A stretch of DNA of 29,046 nt from an uncultured Eubacteriales bacterium (GCA_964467305.1 CAYXQU010000001.1:5354-34399), one strand, 5' to 3'; counted from the stretch's first letter, positions 15,863-25,097 are shown. A program made the numbers and translations. Notes: generated by a model not told the origin, from the sequence alone.

Positions 15863-16672
15863 CTACGTGTAGCTGGTGACGGCCTTCTCCCGGTTGAACG
15901 ATTTGATCACGAGCCACGCGAGGACCACATCGGCGATCACCAACACGATGCCGATGATCGCGAAGACTCCCGGTCCAACCAACATCGCACCTGAGACCTG
16001 ACCAAACACCAGGGCAAGCACCGGGAGAACGGCGAGCGCTGCCATCGAGTTTGCTTCCTGATACCCGCGCACCTTGGCCGACACCCATGTGGTGATGACG
16101 GTGACGAACACGGACGCGGCAGGAACCACAAGCACCATGAGTACCCACCAGTTGGATGTGGGGAAGAACGCGCGTCCCACGAGCGGTGTGCCCAACGAGA
16201 TCACGATCGCGAGATAGATCACGTAGCAGACCCACGCGAACCCAATGGCGGGTATCGCGGCGCCGGCGATCTTGGCCACGACGAGCTCGGTGTCGGAGAG
16301 CGGCGTGTAGAGCAGCCCCTCAAGCGTGTGGCGCTCCTTCTCGCCCGCGAAGCTGTTGGCGGCAAGAATCGTCGCCACCATCACGGGGATGAGGAGGAAG
16401 AACGGCGCGAACAGGTAGACCGTGGCGAAGTACGCGACGGTACCCGCGACGTCGAGCCCGGTGGTTGCGGGCATCAGGCCGGGTGGGAGCTGCTCGATCA
16501 TCTCGGCGAACTCGCCCACCATGTTCGGGTAGCGAAGCGCGACAAGCAGCCCGGCAGGATAGAGCACCACGAACACCAGCGGGATGATCGCCATGGGCAG
16601 CAGCACCTGCGTGTTCGCGGTCGACTCGCGCAGGTCCTTCTCGGCGAGCGCGGCCATGCGGTTGAGCCTCAT
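15863..16672 (-). CDS. ABC transporter permease subunit
   Basis: ATG 16672 overlaps the ATPase stop (ATGA); AANSFAGEKERHTLEGLLYTPLSD.ELVVAK motif; multiple TM segments. Confidence 0.92.
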   Translation of the reverse strand: MRLNRMAALAEKDLRESTANTQVLLPMAIIPLVFVVLYPAGLLVALRYPNMVGEFAEMIEQLPPGLMPATTGLDVAGTVAYFATVYLFAPFFLLIPVMVATILAANSFAGEKERHTLEGLLYTPLSDTELVVAKIAGAAIPAIGFAWVCYVIYLAIVISLGTPLVGRAFFPTSNWWVLMVLVVPAASVFVTVITTWVSAKVRGYQEANSMAALAVLPVLALVFGQVSGAMLVGPGVFAIIGIVLVIADVVLAWLVIKSFNREKAVTSYT

Positions 16673-17622
16673 GACGCACCGCCCTTCAGCGACGTGGAAT
16701 CGACAAGACGCAGGTACGCCTCTTCGAGTGTAGGTGGCTCTTCCGAGACGCCGAGCAGGTCGATTGGCATGGCGGCGACCGCTCGCACCAGGTCGGGCAC
16801 GGCGGACTGCTCCGCAAGCTGAAGGATCATGTCGGGACCGGCACCTTTCGCGCCCATGACACCGGGAAGCGCGGCGAGATCGGGTGCGGAAAGCTGCACA
16901 CCGGGTCCGGGACGCACACGCACGCGAACTTCCGGGACCGCCGCTCGCGCCACATGCTCCGGCGAACCGGACGCCACGATGCGCCCGCCGTTGAGCACCG
17001 CGATGCTCGTGCACACGCTTTCCATCTCTTCGAGTCGATGCGAGGTGATGAAGAAGGTGCGGCCGTCGGCCCGCGAGACCTCATCTATGTAGCTCATGAG
17101 GTCGTGCGAGGCCTCGGGGTCGAGTCCCGCGGTGGGTTCGTCGAGGAAGACCAGCGCAGGGTCTGCGATGAGCGCTCGGGCGATGAGCAGCTTCTGGCGC
17201 ATGCCTTTCGAGTAGGCGGCGACCTTATCGGCGCCTCGGTGCGCGAGTCCGAACCGCTCGAGCAGCTCCTCGGCTCGCACCTTGGACGCCTGGCGGTCCA
17301 TGTCGTAGAAGCGGGCGAACACCGCGAGGTTCTGCAGCCCGGTGAGCCTCTCGTAGAGGTTGGTGTCGGTCTGCACGCCAACCCGCTCGCGCAACGTGTC
17401 GAGTTCATCAGGGATGCGGTGGCCCAGCACCTCGAGCCGGTCTGACGCCGTGGCCCCCAGCACTCCGTTGAGGATGCGCACCATCGTGGTCTTACCGGCG
17501 CCATTGGGACCGAGCAGACCGAACACGCCACCCGTCTCAACGGTCAGGTCGACACCGTCGAGTGCGCGCGACTGGCCGAAATCCCGTACCAGCCCCTCTA
17601 TCCTGATCGCAGTATCGCTCAC
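16669..17622 (-). CDS. ABC transporter ATP-binding protein
   Basis: GTG 17622 with GGAG upstream; GPNGAGKT, YSKGMRQK, FLDEPTAGLD, TSH; C-terminal PTLEEAYL. Confidence 0.95.
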   Translation of the reverse strand: MSDTAIRIEGLVRDFGQSRALDGVDLTVETGGVFGLLGPNGAGKTTMVRILNGVLGATASDRLEVLGHRIPDELDTLRERVGVQTDTNLYERLTGLQNLAVFARFYDMDRQASKVRAEELLERFGLAHRGADKVAAYSKGMRQKLLIARALIADPALVFLDEPTAGLDPEASHDLMSYIDEVSRADGRTFFITSHRLEEMESVCTSIAVLNGGRIVASGSPEHVARAAVPEVRVRVRPGPGVQLSAPDLAALPGVMGAKGAGPDMILQLAEQSAVPDLVRAVAAMPIDLLGVSEEPPTLEEAYLRLVDSTSLKGGAS

Positions 17623-17710
17623 GCCATCGCTCCGCATCCACGTAGCCACTTCGCATAACTCTGCGGGGTTTCCGCATGCCGTGACCAGTGTATCGCTCCT
17701 GTGCGGTGGA

Positions 17711-17899
17711 TCACGCGACCCACACGCCGGACAGCACCTCACCCATGAGCGGCACTCGAGCAGGCCCCCGCAGGCCGCGCGTGCGAAACCCTGCCGAGGC
17801 GAGCTCCGTAAGCGGTAGCTGCTCCACCCACCTGCGATAGACGCCGGAGCCAAGCCGGTTGCCAACGACCTCCTCGACAGCGATCGCAAGAGCGCTCAT
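17711..17899 (-). pseudogene. 62-aa coupled ORF, possible internally deleted methyltransferase remnant
   Basis: ATG 17899 overlaps the upstream TGA (ATGA); MSALAIAVEEVVGNRLGSGVYRRWVEQLPL followed by TELASAGFRTRG..GEVLSGVWVA. Confidence 0.4.
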
Positions 17900-18573
17900 C
17901 GGGTTGCACTTCGCCCGGCGGCGGTCACGGTGCCAGCGCGCCGTGCGCGTGCTGCACGCAGAACCTTCGTGGGCAGGAACATGCCGGTCTTCTCGGCATA
18001 CTGGTCGTAGGCGGCGCCGAACTCCTCGCGCATGTCGGCCTCTTCTTTGCGCGCGAGGCGGAAGTAGATGACGCCAAGGATGGGCCACATGATGAGCATG
18101 GGCAGCGTCGCCCACTCGGCCATCATGCCAAGCGTGATCAGCGCGAAGCCGGTGTACTGAGGGTGGCGGATGTAGCGGTAGATGCCCGTGGTGACCAGCG
18201 TGCCCTCGCCGCGCTCTTTGCTCCAGTAGTCGCGGTAGATCGCGCGCCAGCCGCTGATGATGAGCACCGCCGCAAGCAGGTAGCACACGATTGCCACGTA
18301 CGTGCCAGAGAGCCCTATGTAGCCGCCCAGCGTGTGACCCCACAAGATGCCGTCGGGCAGGTAGTTGCCCAGCACGCCGGAGATCGCGTACATCGACAGC
18401 GGCACGCCGAACATCTCGAGCGCGAGTGCGACCACGAACGCCATGAAAGCGCTGTTGGGCTTGATGCCGCTTCGCTTGTAGAACGGCGTGAACAGCAGGA
18501 ACACCGCGAAGATCGCGATCCACGCGACGACCGCCCACCAGGTGCCCATGTGGCTCATGACAGGATCGACCAT
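17896..18573 (-). CDS. Isoprenylcysteine carboxylmethyltransferase (ICMT/PEMT) family membrane methyltransferase
   Basis: LVTTGIYRYIRHPQY and EEADMREEFG.AY..Y..KTGMFLP motifs; RBS GGAGGAG. Confidence 0.92.
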   Translation of the reverse strand: MVDPVMSHMGTWWAVVAWIAIFAVFLLFTPFYKRSGIKPNSAFMAFVVALALEMFGVPLSMYAISGVLGNYLPDGILWGHTLGGYIGLSGTYVAIVCYLLAAVLIISGWRAIYRDYWSKERGEGTLVTTGIYRYIRHPQYTGFALITLGMMAEWATLPMLIMWPILGVIYFRLARKEEADMREEFGAAYDQYAEKTGMFLPTKVLRAARARRAGTVTAAGRSATR

Positions 18574-18646
18574 GATTACTCCTCCCCCGCTCGCCCCGGC
18601 AGGCGGCGGTTCACTCTCTCAGTCCGGTCCAGGCGACCAGATTTGT

Positions 18647-18691
18647 GTCTACACTGTAGACCGAGTATAGTCTACATCGTAGACCTGTCAA
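18647..18691 (-). promoter_or_regulatory. Promoter with two palindromic TetR-type operators
   Basis: GTCTAC-ACT-GTAGAC (18647-18661) and GTCTAC-ATC-GTAGAC (18670-18684); minus strand TTGACA (18691-18686)-N16-TATACT (18669-18664). Confidence 0.85.
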
Positions 18692-18741
18692 GATATCGAT
18701 CCGCAAGAACATACGAAGCCAGCCGAGAAGGACATTCGCGC

Positions 18742-19449
18742 ATGTCGAAAGGCATCACCCGAGAGCTGCTGATCCGCACCGCACTCGAGATCGTCGATGA
18801 GGACGGTCTGGACAGACTGTCGATGCGACGGCTGGGCGCGAGGCTGGGCGTCGACCCTATGGCGGCCTACCGCCACCTGCCCAACAAGGAAGCACTGCTC
18901 GACGGCGTGATGGAGGCGGTCGTGAGTGAGGTCGACCTCGACGTCGACGAGTCGCGTGGATGGGAGGACCAGTTGCGCCAGCTGACCAAAGCGAACATGG
19001 CAGCGCTGCTCAGCCACCCCAACGTGCTCCCGGTGCTCTCGCGCCGCCCCTTGGTGACGCCGGGGTCGCTACACCTGGTCGAGCGCGCATTCCAGATCAT
19101 GACCGATGCGGGGATTCCTCTGCGTGACGCCGCGCTTGCGACGAACGCGATCGGGCTTGTCACGAACAGCCTCGCGCTGGCGATCTCGGAGTCTCGCTCG
19201 AAGGTCGACCGACCCACCTCCAATGAGACCGCCGCGCACTTCGCCGAGCTGCCGCGCGATGTGTTCCCACGCATCGTCGAGACGATCGAGACGGGTCAGT
19301 TCATCGAGAGCTACGACCAGATCCTCGAGTTCGCGATGGGAGCGATCCTGGCAAGGCTTGAGCAGGCGCGCGTCGCGGCAGCCGTCAGCGAAGGTGACCC
19401 GTCAGGTCCGCCCCCAGTATCGCCTCGAGCTCCGAGAAGTCGCTCGTAG
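18742..19449 (+). CDS. TetR/AcrR family regulator (TetR-class C-terminal domain)
   Basis: ATG 18742, RBS AAGGA; LIRTALEIVDEDGLDRLSMRRLGARLGVDPMAAYRHLPNKEALLD. Confidence 0.95.
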   Translation: MSKGITRELLIRTALEIVDEDGLDRLSMRRLGARLGVDPMAAYRHLPNKEALLDGVMEAVVSEVDLDVDESRGWEDQLRQLTKANMAALLSHPNVLPVLSRRPLVTPGSLHLVERAFQIMTDAGIPLRDAALATNAIGLVTNSLALAISESRSKVDRPTSNETAAHFAELPRDVFPRIVETIETGQFIESYDQILEFAMGAILARLEQARVAAAVSEGDPSGPPPVSPRAPRSRS

Positions 19450-20548
19450 GCACCTCGACAAAGGTGAACGCGAAGACCGGGTAGCGGTTGAAGTCGGTGG
19501 GCCGGAGCTCGATGACCTTGCTGAAGCGAGCGCTGAACTCCTCGTAGTCGACCCCGCGAATCGCCGCCAGCTCAACGTGGGACGGCAGGTCGGCCACGAT
19601 CATCGCCGTGGTGCGTCCGGCGGTCTCCTGAGCGATCCGACCCCAGTCCGGACACTCCCCTCGCAGGTAGCAGCGGTAGGGGTTGATGTTGTACGCGTGC
19701 TGCGCGAGGTCGGTAGCGCACCAGCCGCCGAAGCGCATGGGGTTCACCTCGATGGGGGCGACATTACCGGCGCTGTCGATGCGCAGCTCCGCATGGAGCG
19801 GGAAGTCGGTCAGGCCGGCTCGCTTGCCCACCTCGGCAAGGAAGTCGATGGCCAGAGGGCCCAGCCGCTCGATCGTCTCGGTGTTGGTGTAGTAGACGCG
19901 GTCGCTCACGTCGTGTGCCGAGGCGAACAGGTGCGCATACACGTTGACCAGCACCGGTGAGCCCTGCGCGTCGTAGTACGCATCGACCGCGAACTCCTCG
20001 CCCTCGATGACCTCCTCGGCGACGAAGCGGTCGGCGGCGAGCGCCTGCTCGGGATAGGCGGCTGCAGCGGCGTCGACCTCGGCCTCGAGCTTGGCGAGCA
20101 CGCCCGGCCATGCCTGCGGAGACTCGACCACGTGCACGCCGGCGCTGAAGAACCCGACCGCCGGCTTGATGACGAACGGAGCGCGCAGCGTGTTGGGATC
20201 GAAGGTGGTGAGGGCTTCTCGGCTGAGGGCGGTGTAGCGGTAGTCCGGGTAGAGGTCGGCCACGAGGTCCCGGAAGGCGACCTTGTCTTTGTGCAGCGAG
20301 ATGCGGCGGGGCAGGTCCGTGTGCGCGAGGTGGTTGGCGATCCAGCCGATCGCGTTCTCGGAGTTCGAGTAGAGCCGCGCGCCGGGCTTGGAGGCGAGAT
20401 CGGCGAACTGCTCGGAGGAGACGATCAGCTCTTGGGCCTGCGCGCTGAGCCGCTCACGGGCCATGGGCGTGTCGAGCACGGGAAGCCCCAGCTCGGCGAC
20501 GGTGTTGGCGAGCAGATCGGAGACGTAAGGCGCTTCGAGGATGAACAC
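19385..20548 (-). CDS. ATP-grasp domain protein
   Basis: Likely GTG 20548 (VFILEAPYVS); DKVAFR, PFVIKPAVGFFSAGV, AEEVIEGEEFAVD, EVNPMRFGG; 3' end overlaps the TetR 3' end by 65 bp. Confidence 0.9.
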   Translation of the reverse strand: MFILEAPYVSDLLANTVAELGLPVLDTPMARERLSAQAQELIVSSEQFADLASKPGARLYSNSENAIGWIANHLAHTDLPRRISLHKDKVAFRDLVADLYPDYRYTALSREALTTFDPNTLRAPFVIKPAVGFFSAGVHVVESPQAWPGVLAKLEAEVDAAAAAYPEQALAADRFVAEEVIEGEEFAVDAYYDAQGSPVLVNVYAHLFASAHDVSDRVYYTNTETIERLGPLAIDFLAEVGKRAGLTDFPLHAELRIDSAGNVAPIEVNPMRFGGWCATDLAQHAYNINPYRCYLRGECPDWGRIAQETAGRTTAMIVADLPSHVELAAIRGVDYEEFSARFSKVIELRPTDFNRYPVFAFTFVEVPTSDFSELEAILGADLTGHLR

Positions 20549-20701
20549 GGTTGCAGTCGCTTTCGTCGGGTTTGCGGGCGGCACGGCACCGGCCCGAGAC
20601 AGGATAGCGCGTCGCAGCGGACCCGCGGCGAGAAAGCGGGTACGAACTGCGTCGGGGGATCGCTCGTGCAGACATCGCACTCATCGCAGACGCTTCGCTC
20701 C

Positions 20702-21736
20702 GTGCCGGACTCGACATGGGAGTGGCTCACAGACGCCGAGAACCCCGCGGTCGCCGTACTCGCTCGCCGTACGCTGCTGGGCGGGCCCGACGCGCCTCAG
20801 ACCGCGAGGCTCTGGGGCACGCGCAACACCTACGAGCCGGTCGCGACCATACTGGAAGCGCAGCTCGAGGACGGTTCATGGGATGCCCCCGCGCGCGACT
20901 ACCAGAAGTACCGCGGCTCGCTGTGGCAGATCGTGTTCCTTGGCGAGCTGTGGGCGGACGGTGCCGATGAACGCGTTGCTCGCGCGGCGGAGTACGCCTT
21001 CTCGCGCCAGAAGGCCGACGGCAGCTGGAGCGCGAACCCCAAGGCTCGCTACGACATGCCCTGCCTGACCGCCAACGTGGGCCGAGCGCTCGCGCGCATG
21101 GGCTGGGGCGAAGACCCGCGCACCGCGCACGCGCTTGGCTCGATCGTCGAGACGTATGAGCGGTTGGGGTTCTTGGGTTGCTCGGACATGCAGCCGTACT
21201 CGCTGAGTGGCTACTGCCACATGCTCACCCCCAAGGTGCTGCTGTTCATGGCCCAGGTGCCGCGCGAACTGTGGGCCCCGGGTGCCGAGAAGCTCCGCGA
21301 AGCGTGTATCGACGCCCTCCGAGACAAGCACGTGCACCGCTCGCTGCCGGCGGAGTTCAAGGAGTTCCAGGCGGTGGTCTGGCCCACGCCCGCCGCCCAG
21401 CGAGCTGAGGCCCGCGAGCACTTCATCGCCGAGCACTCGCCCCTGCACTACGGCGACAAACCCGGCTGGCTGAGGTTGGGCTACCCGCTGTCGTACAATT
21501 CCGATGCACTCGAAGCGCTGTGGGCGCTCATGGCGATAGGTGAGCCACCGCGGCCCGAGTACGAGGCTGCCATCGCCGCCGTACGCGAGCGCGCGGATGC
21601 GCAGATGCGTTGGACGCTCAAGACGAGCTTCAACGGCAAGATGATCGCCGACGTCGAGAAGAAGGGCGCGCCCAGCCGCTGGCTGACGCTACGCGCGCTC
21701 CAAGTGCTCGCGTGGGCAGAAGGGGAGGTCGCATGA
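20702..21736 (+). CDS. Prenyltransferase/squalene-oxidase-repeat (alpha/alpha barrel) protein of unknown function
   Basis: QW-type motifs QLEDGSW and QKADGSW; KYRGSLWQIVFLGEL; start GTG 20702 uncertain. Confidence 0.75.
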   Translation: MPDSTWEWLTDAENPAVAVLARRTLLGGPDAPQTARLWGTRNTYEPVATILEAQLEDGSWDAPARDYQKYRGSLWQIVFLGELWADGADERVARAAEYAFSRQKADGSWSANPKARYDMPCLTANVGRALARMGWGEDPRTAHALGSIVETYERLGFLGCSDMQPYSLSGYCHMLTPKVLLFMAQVPRELWAPGAEKLREACIDALRDKHVHRSLPAEFKEFQAVVWPTPAAQRAEAREHFIAEHSPLHYGDKPGWLRLGYPLSYNSDALEALWALMAIGEPPRPEYEAAIAAVRERADAQMRWTLKTSFNGKMIADVEKKGAPSRWLTLRALQVLAWAEGEVA

Positions 21737-22215
21737 TCCCGCTCGATGCAACGCCCGCCCAACTGCTCGAAGCCTACAGCCGCGGACCGCAGCTGTTGCG
21801 CGAGGCGGTCGCGGGGCTGAGCCCTGAGGCCCTGCGCGAGCGCCCCATCCCGGGCAAGATGTCCTCGCTTGAGGTGCTGTGCCACATCGTGGACTCGGAC
21901 CAGTTCATGTGCGACCGCATCAAGCGAACCATCGCCACTACTCTGCCGCTGCTCATTGGCAACGAGTCCTCGGCGTACCCGGGACCCCTCTCCTACCACG
22001 AACGCGACCTCGAACTCGACCTGCGCCTACTCGAGGTCCAGCGCCAGCAGCTCGCCGCCGACCTCGCCCGCGTCGCCCCCGAGGTCTGGGAGCGCACCGC
22101 CGTACACTCCGAGAACGGTATGCAGACGATGCGCGAGCTGTTCCACCACGCCGTCGAGCACCTCGAGGACCACGTGGAACGAATCGCCGAGAAGCGCGCG
22201 GCGATGGGGCTGTGA
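21733..22215 (+). CDS. DinB family protein
   Basis: ATGA overlap, RBS GGAGG; PGKMSSLEVLCHIVD...HLEDHVERI (His metal-ligand pattern). Confidence 0.9.
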   Translation: MIPLDATPAQLLEAYSRGPQLLREAVAGLSPEALRERPIPGKMSSLEVLCHIVDSDQFMCDRIKRTIATTLPLLIGNESSAYPGPLSYHERDLELDLRLLEVQRQQLAADLARVAPEVWERTAVHSENGMQTMRELFHHAVEHLEDHVERIAEKRAAMGL

Positions 22216-23042
22216 CCCACTTCGAGTCGCCGTACCGCAGGCTGCGTGTCTCGAATGCGAACGGGGTGCGGCTGCTCAAGTTCGACCGCAACCAGCAGTC
22301 CTCGATGCACCTGGACGACCCCTTCGCCACCGACATCGAGTACGTGACGTACCTGCACACCGCCGTCGCGGTGAAGCCCGACCCCAGGCGTGCGCTGGTG
22401 ATAGGGCTTGGCGGCGGCAGCATCGTCAAACAGCTGTGGCGCGATCACCCGCGGCTGCACATCGATGCGGTCGAACTCGACCCCGAAGTCATCGAGGTCG
22501 CCTGCGCGCTGTTCTCGGTGCCCGAAGAGCGCGTCGAACTCATCTGCGGAGATGGCCGAGAAGCCCTGGCCCTTCTTCCCGGCCCCTACGACATCGTGAT
22601 CGTCGATGCATTCGACGACGACCACGTGCCGCGCCATCTGACCACCGAGGAGTTCATGCGCGAAGCACGCGCGAGCATGTCAGACGACGGCGCTATCGTG
22701 TGGAACGTGTTCGGTGCGATCTACGGGCCGCACAGCAAGACCTTCCGCAGCATGTACCGGACGGCGACCAACGTCTGGCGCAACGTCTGGCTGTTCCCCG
22801 TGGCGCTGACGCGTGACCCGTCGGACCAGACCCGCAACATCGTGATGGTCGCAAGCGATGCGGACATGAGCGACGAGGACCTCGTTGGCCGCATAGCTTC
22901 GCGCGTCGGCGGTCGCGTGTCGTGCAGTGGCTTCGAGTCGCTGGGTGAGGAGCTCTACACCAAGCCCGTACGCGCCGGCGACGTGCCGCTCCTGCTCGAC
23001 CCGCCGGTGTCGAAACCGGCGCGGCGCGGGTACACACCGTAG
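22212..23042 (+). CDS. Spermidine-synthase-like SAM-dependent methyltransferase domain
   Basis: GTGA overlap; LVIGLGGG, AVELDPEVIEVA, DG, YDIVIVDAF, HLTTEEF. Confidence 0.88.
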   Translation: MTHFESPYRRLRVSNANGVRLLKFDRNQQSSMHLDDPFATDIEYVTYLHTAVAVKPDPRRALVIGLGGGSIVKQLWRDHPRLHIDAVELDPEVIEVACALFSVPEERVELICGDGREALALLPGPYDIVIVDAFDDDHVPRHLTTEEFMREARASMSDDGAIVWNVFGAIYGPHSKTFRSMYRTATNVWRNVWLFPVALTRDPSDQTRNIVMVASDADMSDEDLVGRIASRVGGRVSCSGFESLGEELYTKPVRAGDVPLLLDPPVSKPARRGYTP

Positions 23043-23060
23043 GTGAAGGGGGTGGGCGAA

Positions 23061-23531
23061 ATGCTCGAAGTCAACGTCAAGACCACGAAGCCGCAGACGG
23101 TCGCCTACATCGCGATGTGCGGCCCGTACGACCTGATCCCGCAGGCCATGGGGACGCTCTACGGGTGGGTGCAGGCTCACGGCTACGAGCCGGTGGGCAT
23201 GCCCAGCGGCGTGTATCTCTCGGATCCCACCGTCGAGCAGTCGCAGGCGCGGTGGATGCTGCGCGCGCCCATCTCAGATGACGTGGCAGATACGGCACCC
23301 GACGAGGCCGGCTGTGGCACCGAGCACGTCGCCGCGCACCTGGTCGCCTCGGCGCTTCACCGCGGTCCCTACGACACGGTGGAAGCCACCTACCGCGAGC
23401 TTGGCGAGTGGGTGGGTGCGAACGGCTACCGCATGGCCGGCCCGCCTGAGGAGTTCTACTTGAGCGATCCGGACGACACAGCACCCGAGGACTACCTCAC
23501 CGAGATCCACTTCAGCATCGAGAAAGCCTGA
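23061..23531 (+). CDS. GyrI-like small-molecule-binding domain protein
   Basis: VAYIAMCGPY..AMGTLYGW..HRGPYD..Y.EL.EW..PPEEFYLSDP..TEI. Confidence 0.9.
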   Translation: MLEVNVKTTKPQTVAYIAMCGPYDLIPQAMGTLYGWVQAHGYEPVGMPSGVYLSDPTVEQSQARWMLRAPISDDVADTAPDEAGCGTEHVAAHLVASALHRGPYDTVEATYRELGEWVGANGYRMAGPPEEFYLSDPDDTAPEDYLTEIHFSIEKA

Positions 23532-23538
23532 GGTGTCC

Positions 23539-24156
23539 GTGGAGCTGCTCGACTTGCGCAAGCGCTACGCCGAACTCTATAAGCCCAGCTCGAAGGTGCC
23601 ATCGCTTGTCACGGTACCGCCGCTTCGCTTCCTCATGCTCGACGGAGTGGGCGGCGTGGGTGAGCCAGAATTCCAAGCCGCGATGGGAACGCTGTTCGGA
23701 CTGGCCTATCCGGTGAAGTTCGCCGCCAAGAAGCAGCTGGAGATCGCCTACCAGGTCCCACCGGCCGAGGGGCTGTACTGGGACGCCCAGGCCGGATCGC
23801 CCGTGCCGCCTTCATCGCCTGAAGCCACCGCGTGGCGCCTCATGATCATGCTGCCCGCCGAGGTACCCGGCGAGCTTGTCGACGCGACACGCGAGAGAGT
23901 CGCGGCCAAGAAGGACCTGCCGCGCCTGTCAGAGGTGCGCGTTCAGACCTTCTCGGAAGGCACGGCGGTGCAGATCCTGCACGTGGGACCGTATGCGCAT
24001 GAGACCCCCAACGTCGAGCGCCTGCACGAATTCGCGGCAAGCAAGGGGCTCGAAGTGACCGGCGCGCATCACGAGATCTACCTGAGCGACCCGAACAAGA
24101 CCGCTCCCGAGAAGCTCAAGACAATCCTCCGTTACGGCGTCTCCAAGTCGCGTTAG
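23539..24156 (+). CDS. GyrI-like domain protein (second type)
   Basis: LYKP..VTVPPLRFLMLDG.G, EGLYW, WRLMI, QILHVGPY..E, HHEIYLSDP..KLKTILR; start 23539 or 23533. Confidence 0.9.
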   Translation: MELLDLRKRYAELYKPSSKVPSLVTVPPLRFLMLDGVGGVGEPEFQAAMGTLFGLAYPVKFAAKKQLEIAYQVPPAEGLYWDAQAGSPVPPSSPEATAWRLMIMLPAEVPGELVDATRERVAAKKDLPRLSEVRVQTFSEGTAVQILHVGPYAHETPNVERLHEFAASKGLEVTGAHHEIYLSDPNKTAPEKLKTILRYGVSKSR

Positions 24157-24345
24157 CCGACAGCTTACCGCGCGGTTACGACACCGTTCCCCGCCTCCAC
24201 ATTCGTCTCATAGCTCCGTCACGAGTCCCTGACGGCGCCTCCATCACCCTGCGCGACGCTAGGTGTGCCGGCAGCGTTTCACCTGTGCAGCGCTGCCGGC
24301 GCCACCGCAGTCCAGACGCAGCAGCAAGCATGAGGGAGGCGCACC

Positions 24346-24576
24346 ATGATGATGACCGCCATTCATATGCGTACCACGGGCCTGACGTCCGAATGGGCCA
24401 CCGCGATGGTCGAGATGACGCTATCGCGGGTCACCGGCGTGGCGCGCGTCGTCGCCGTGAAGTCCATCGGCATCGTCTCGGTCATGTACGACGAGAGCAA
24501 AGCCAACGCCGAGGAGCTCTTGCGCGCGGTGCGTGCCATAGGCTTCGACGCCGACCTCTACAACAGCGCCGAGTAG
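24346..24576 (+). CDS. HMA-fold (heavy-metal-associated-like) protein lacking CxxC
   Basis: RBS GGGAGG; TGL..VEMTL..GV..V..G.V.V.YD..EELLRAVRAIGFDA HMA pattern; contains no Cys. Confidence 0.75.
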   Translation: MMMTAIHMRTTGLTSEWATAMVEMTLSRVTGVARVVAVKSIGIVSVMYDESKANAEELLRAVRAIGFDADLYNSAE

Positions 24577-24587
24577 GCCTTCTGACC

Positions 24588-25097
24588 TCAGCTGGCGAGC
24601 CCCAGAGACGGCGCGACCTCGCGGGTCCACTCGTCGATGCCGCCGTAGTCGCGAAAGTCGCCCTGCGGTGCCTTCATCGCCTTGAGCACAGTTCGCTCGA
24701 GCAGCGAGAAGCTCTTGGGCTCGAACCATCCGGGGAAGGTGCCCACCGCGACCGGCTCGATACCGGCCGCCTGGACAAGCGGATCGGTCCACGTGCGGAC
24801 CTCATCGGCACGCTCGGGTTCGGTGACTTGCGTGAGGTTGACGGTGAACAGCGCGACCGGAAGCTGTCTGAGGGCTTCGGCGTGGGTGGTCACCCACGTG
24901 CGCGCCGCCTCGTGCCACTGCCCCACGCGGATGCCGCTGCCAACGATCACCGCGTCGTAGCCCTCAGGGCTGCCGGCATCGCTGGCGCAGACCACGTCGA
25001 CCACGTCCCCGCGGTCGACGAAGGTGGCACCGATGTGCTCGGCCACCCCGGTGGTGCACCCGGTCTTCGTCGCATAGACCACCAGTACCTTGCTCAT
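24588..25097 (-). CDS. Flavodoxin domain protein (HemG/Flavodoxin_5-like)
   Basis: VLVVYATKTGCT, YDAVIVGSGI.VGQW, GDFRDY..I.EW; ATGA overlap with the TetR stop. Confidence 0.9.
   Translation of the reverse strand: MSKVLVVYATKTGCTTGVAEHIGATFVDRGDVVDVVCASDAGSPEGYDAVIVGSGIRVGQWHEAARTWVTTHAEALRQLPVALFTVNLTQVTEPERADEVRTWTDPLVQAAGIEPVAVGTFPGWFEPKSFSLLERTVLKAMKAPQGDFRDYGGIDEWTREVAPSLGLAS

Noticed and set aside
17645-17675. ECF-sigma-like GGAAAC...CGAA upstream of the second ABC ATPase
   Set aside because: Spacer is 14 nt rather than about 16; not convincing
20132-20701. 190-aa N-terminal extension of the 20132-21736 track ORF
   Set aside because: Mostly antisense to the ATP-grasp gene; family-like sequence begins only near 20702
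22212-23042. True spermidine synthase (speE)
   Set aside because: The GLGGG/VELD/DAF pattern fits the SAM-methyltransferase-like subgroup, and no polyamine genes are nearby
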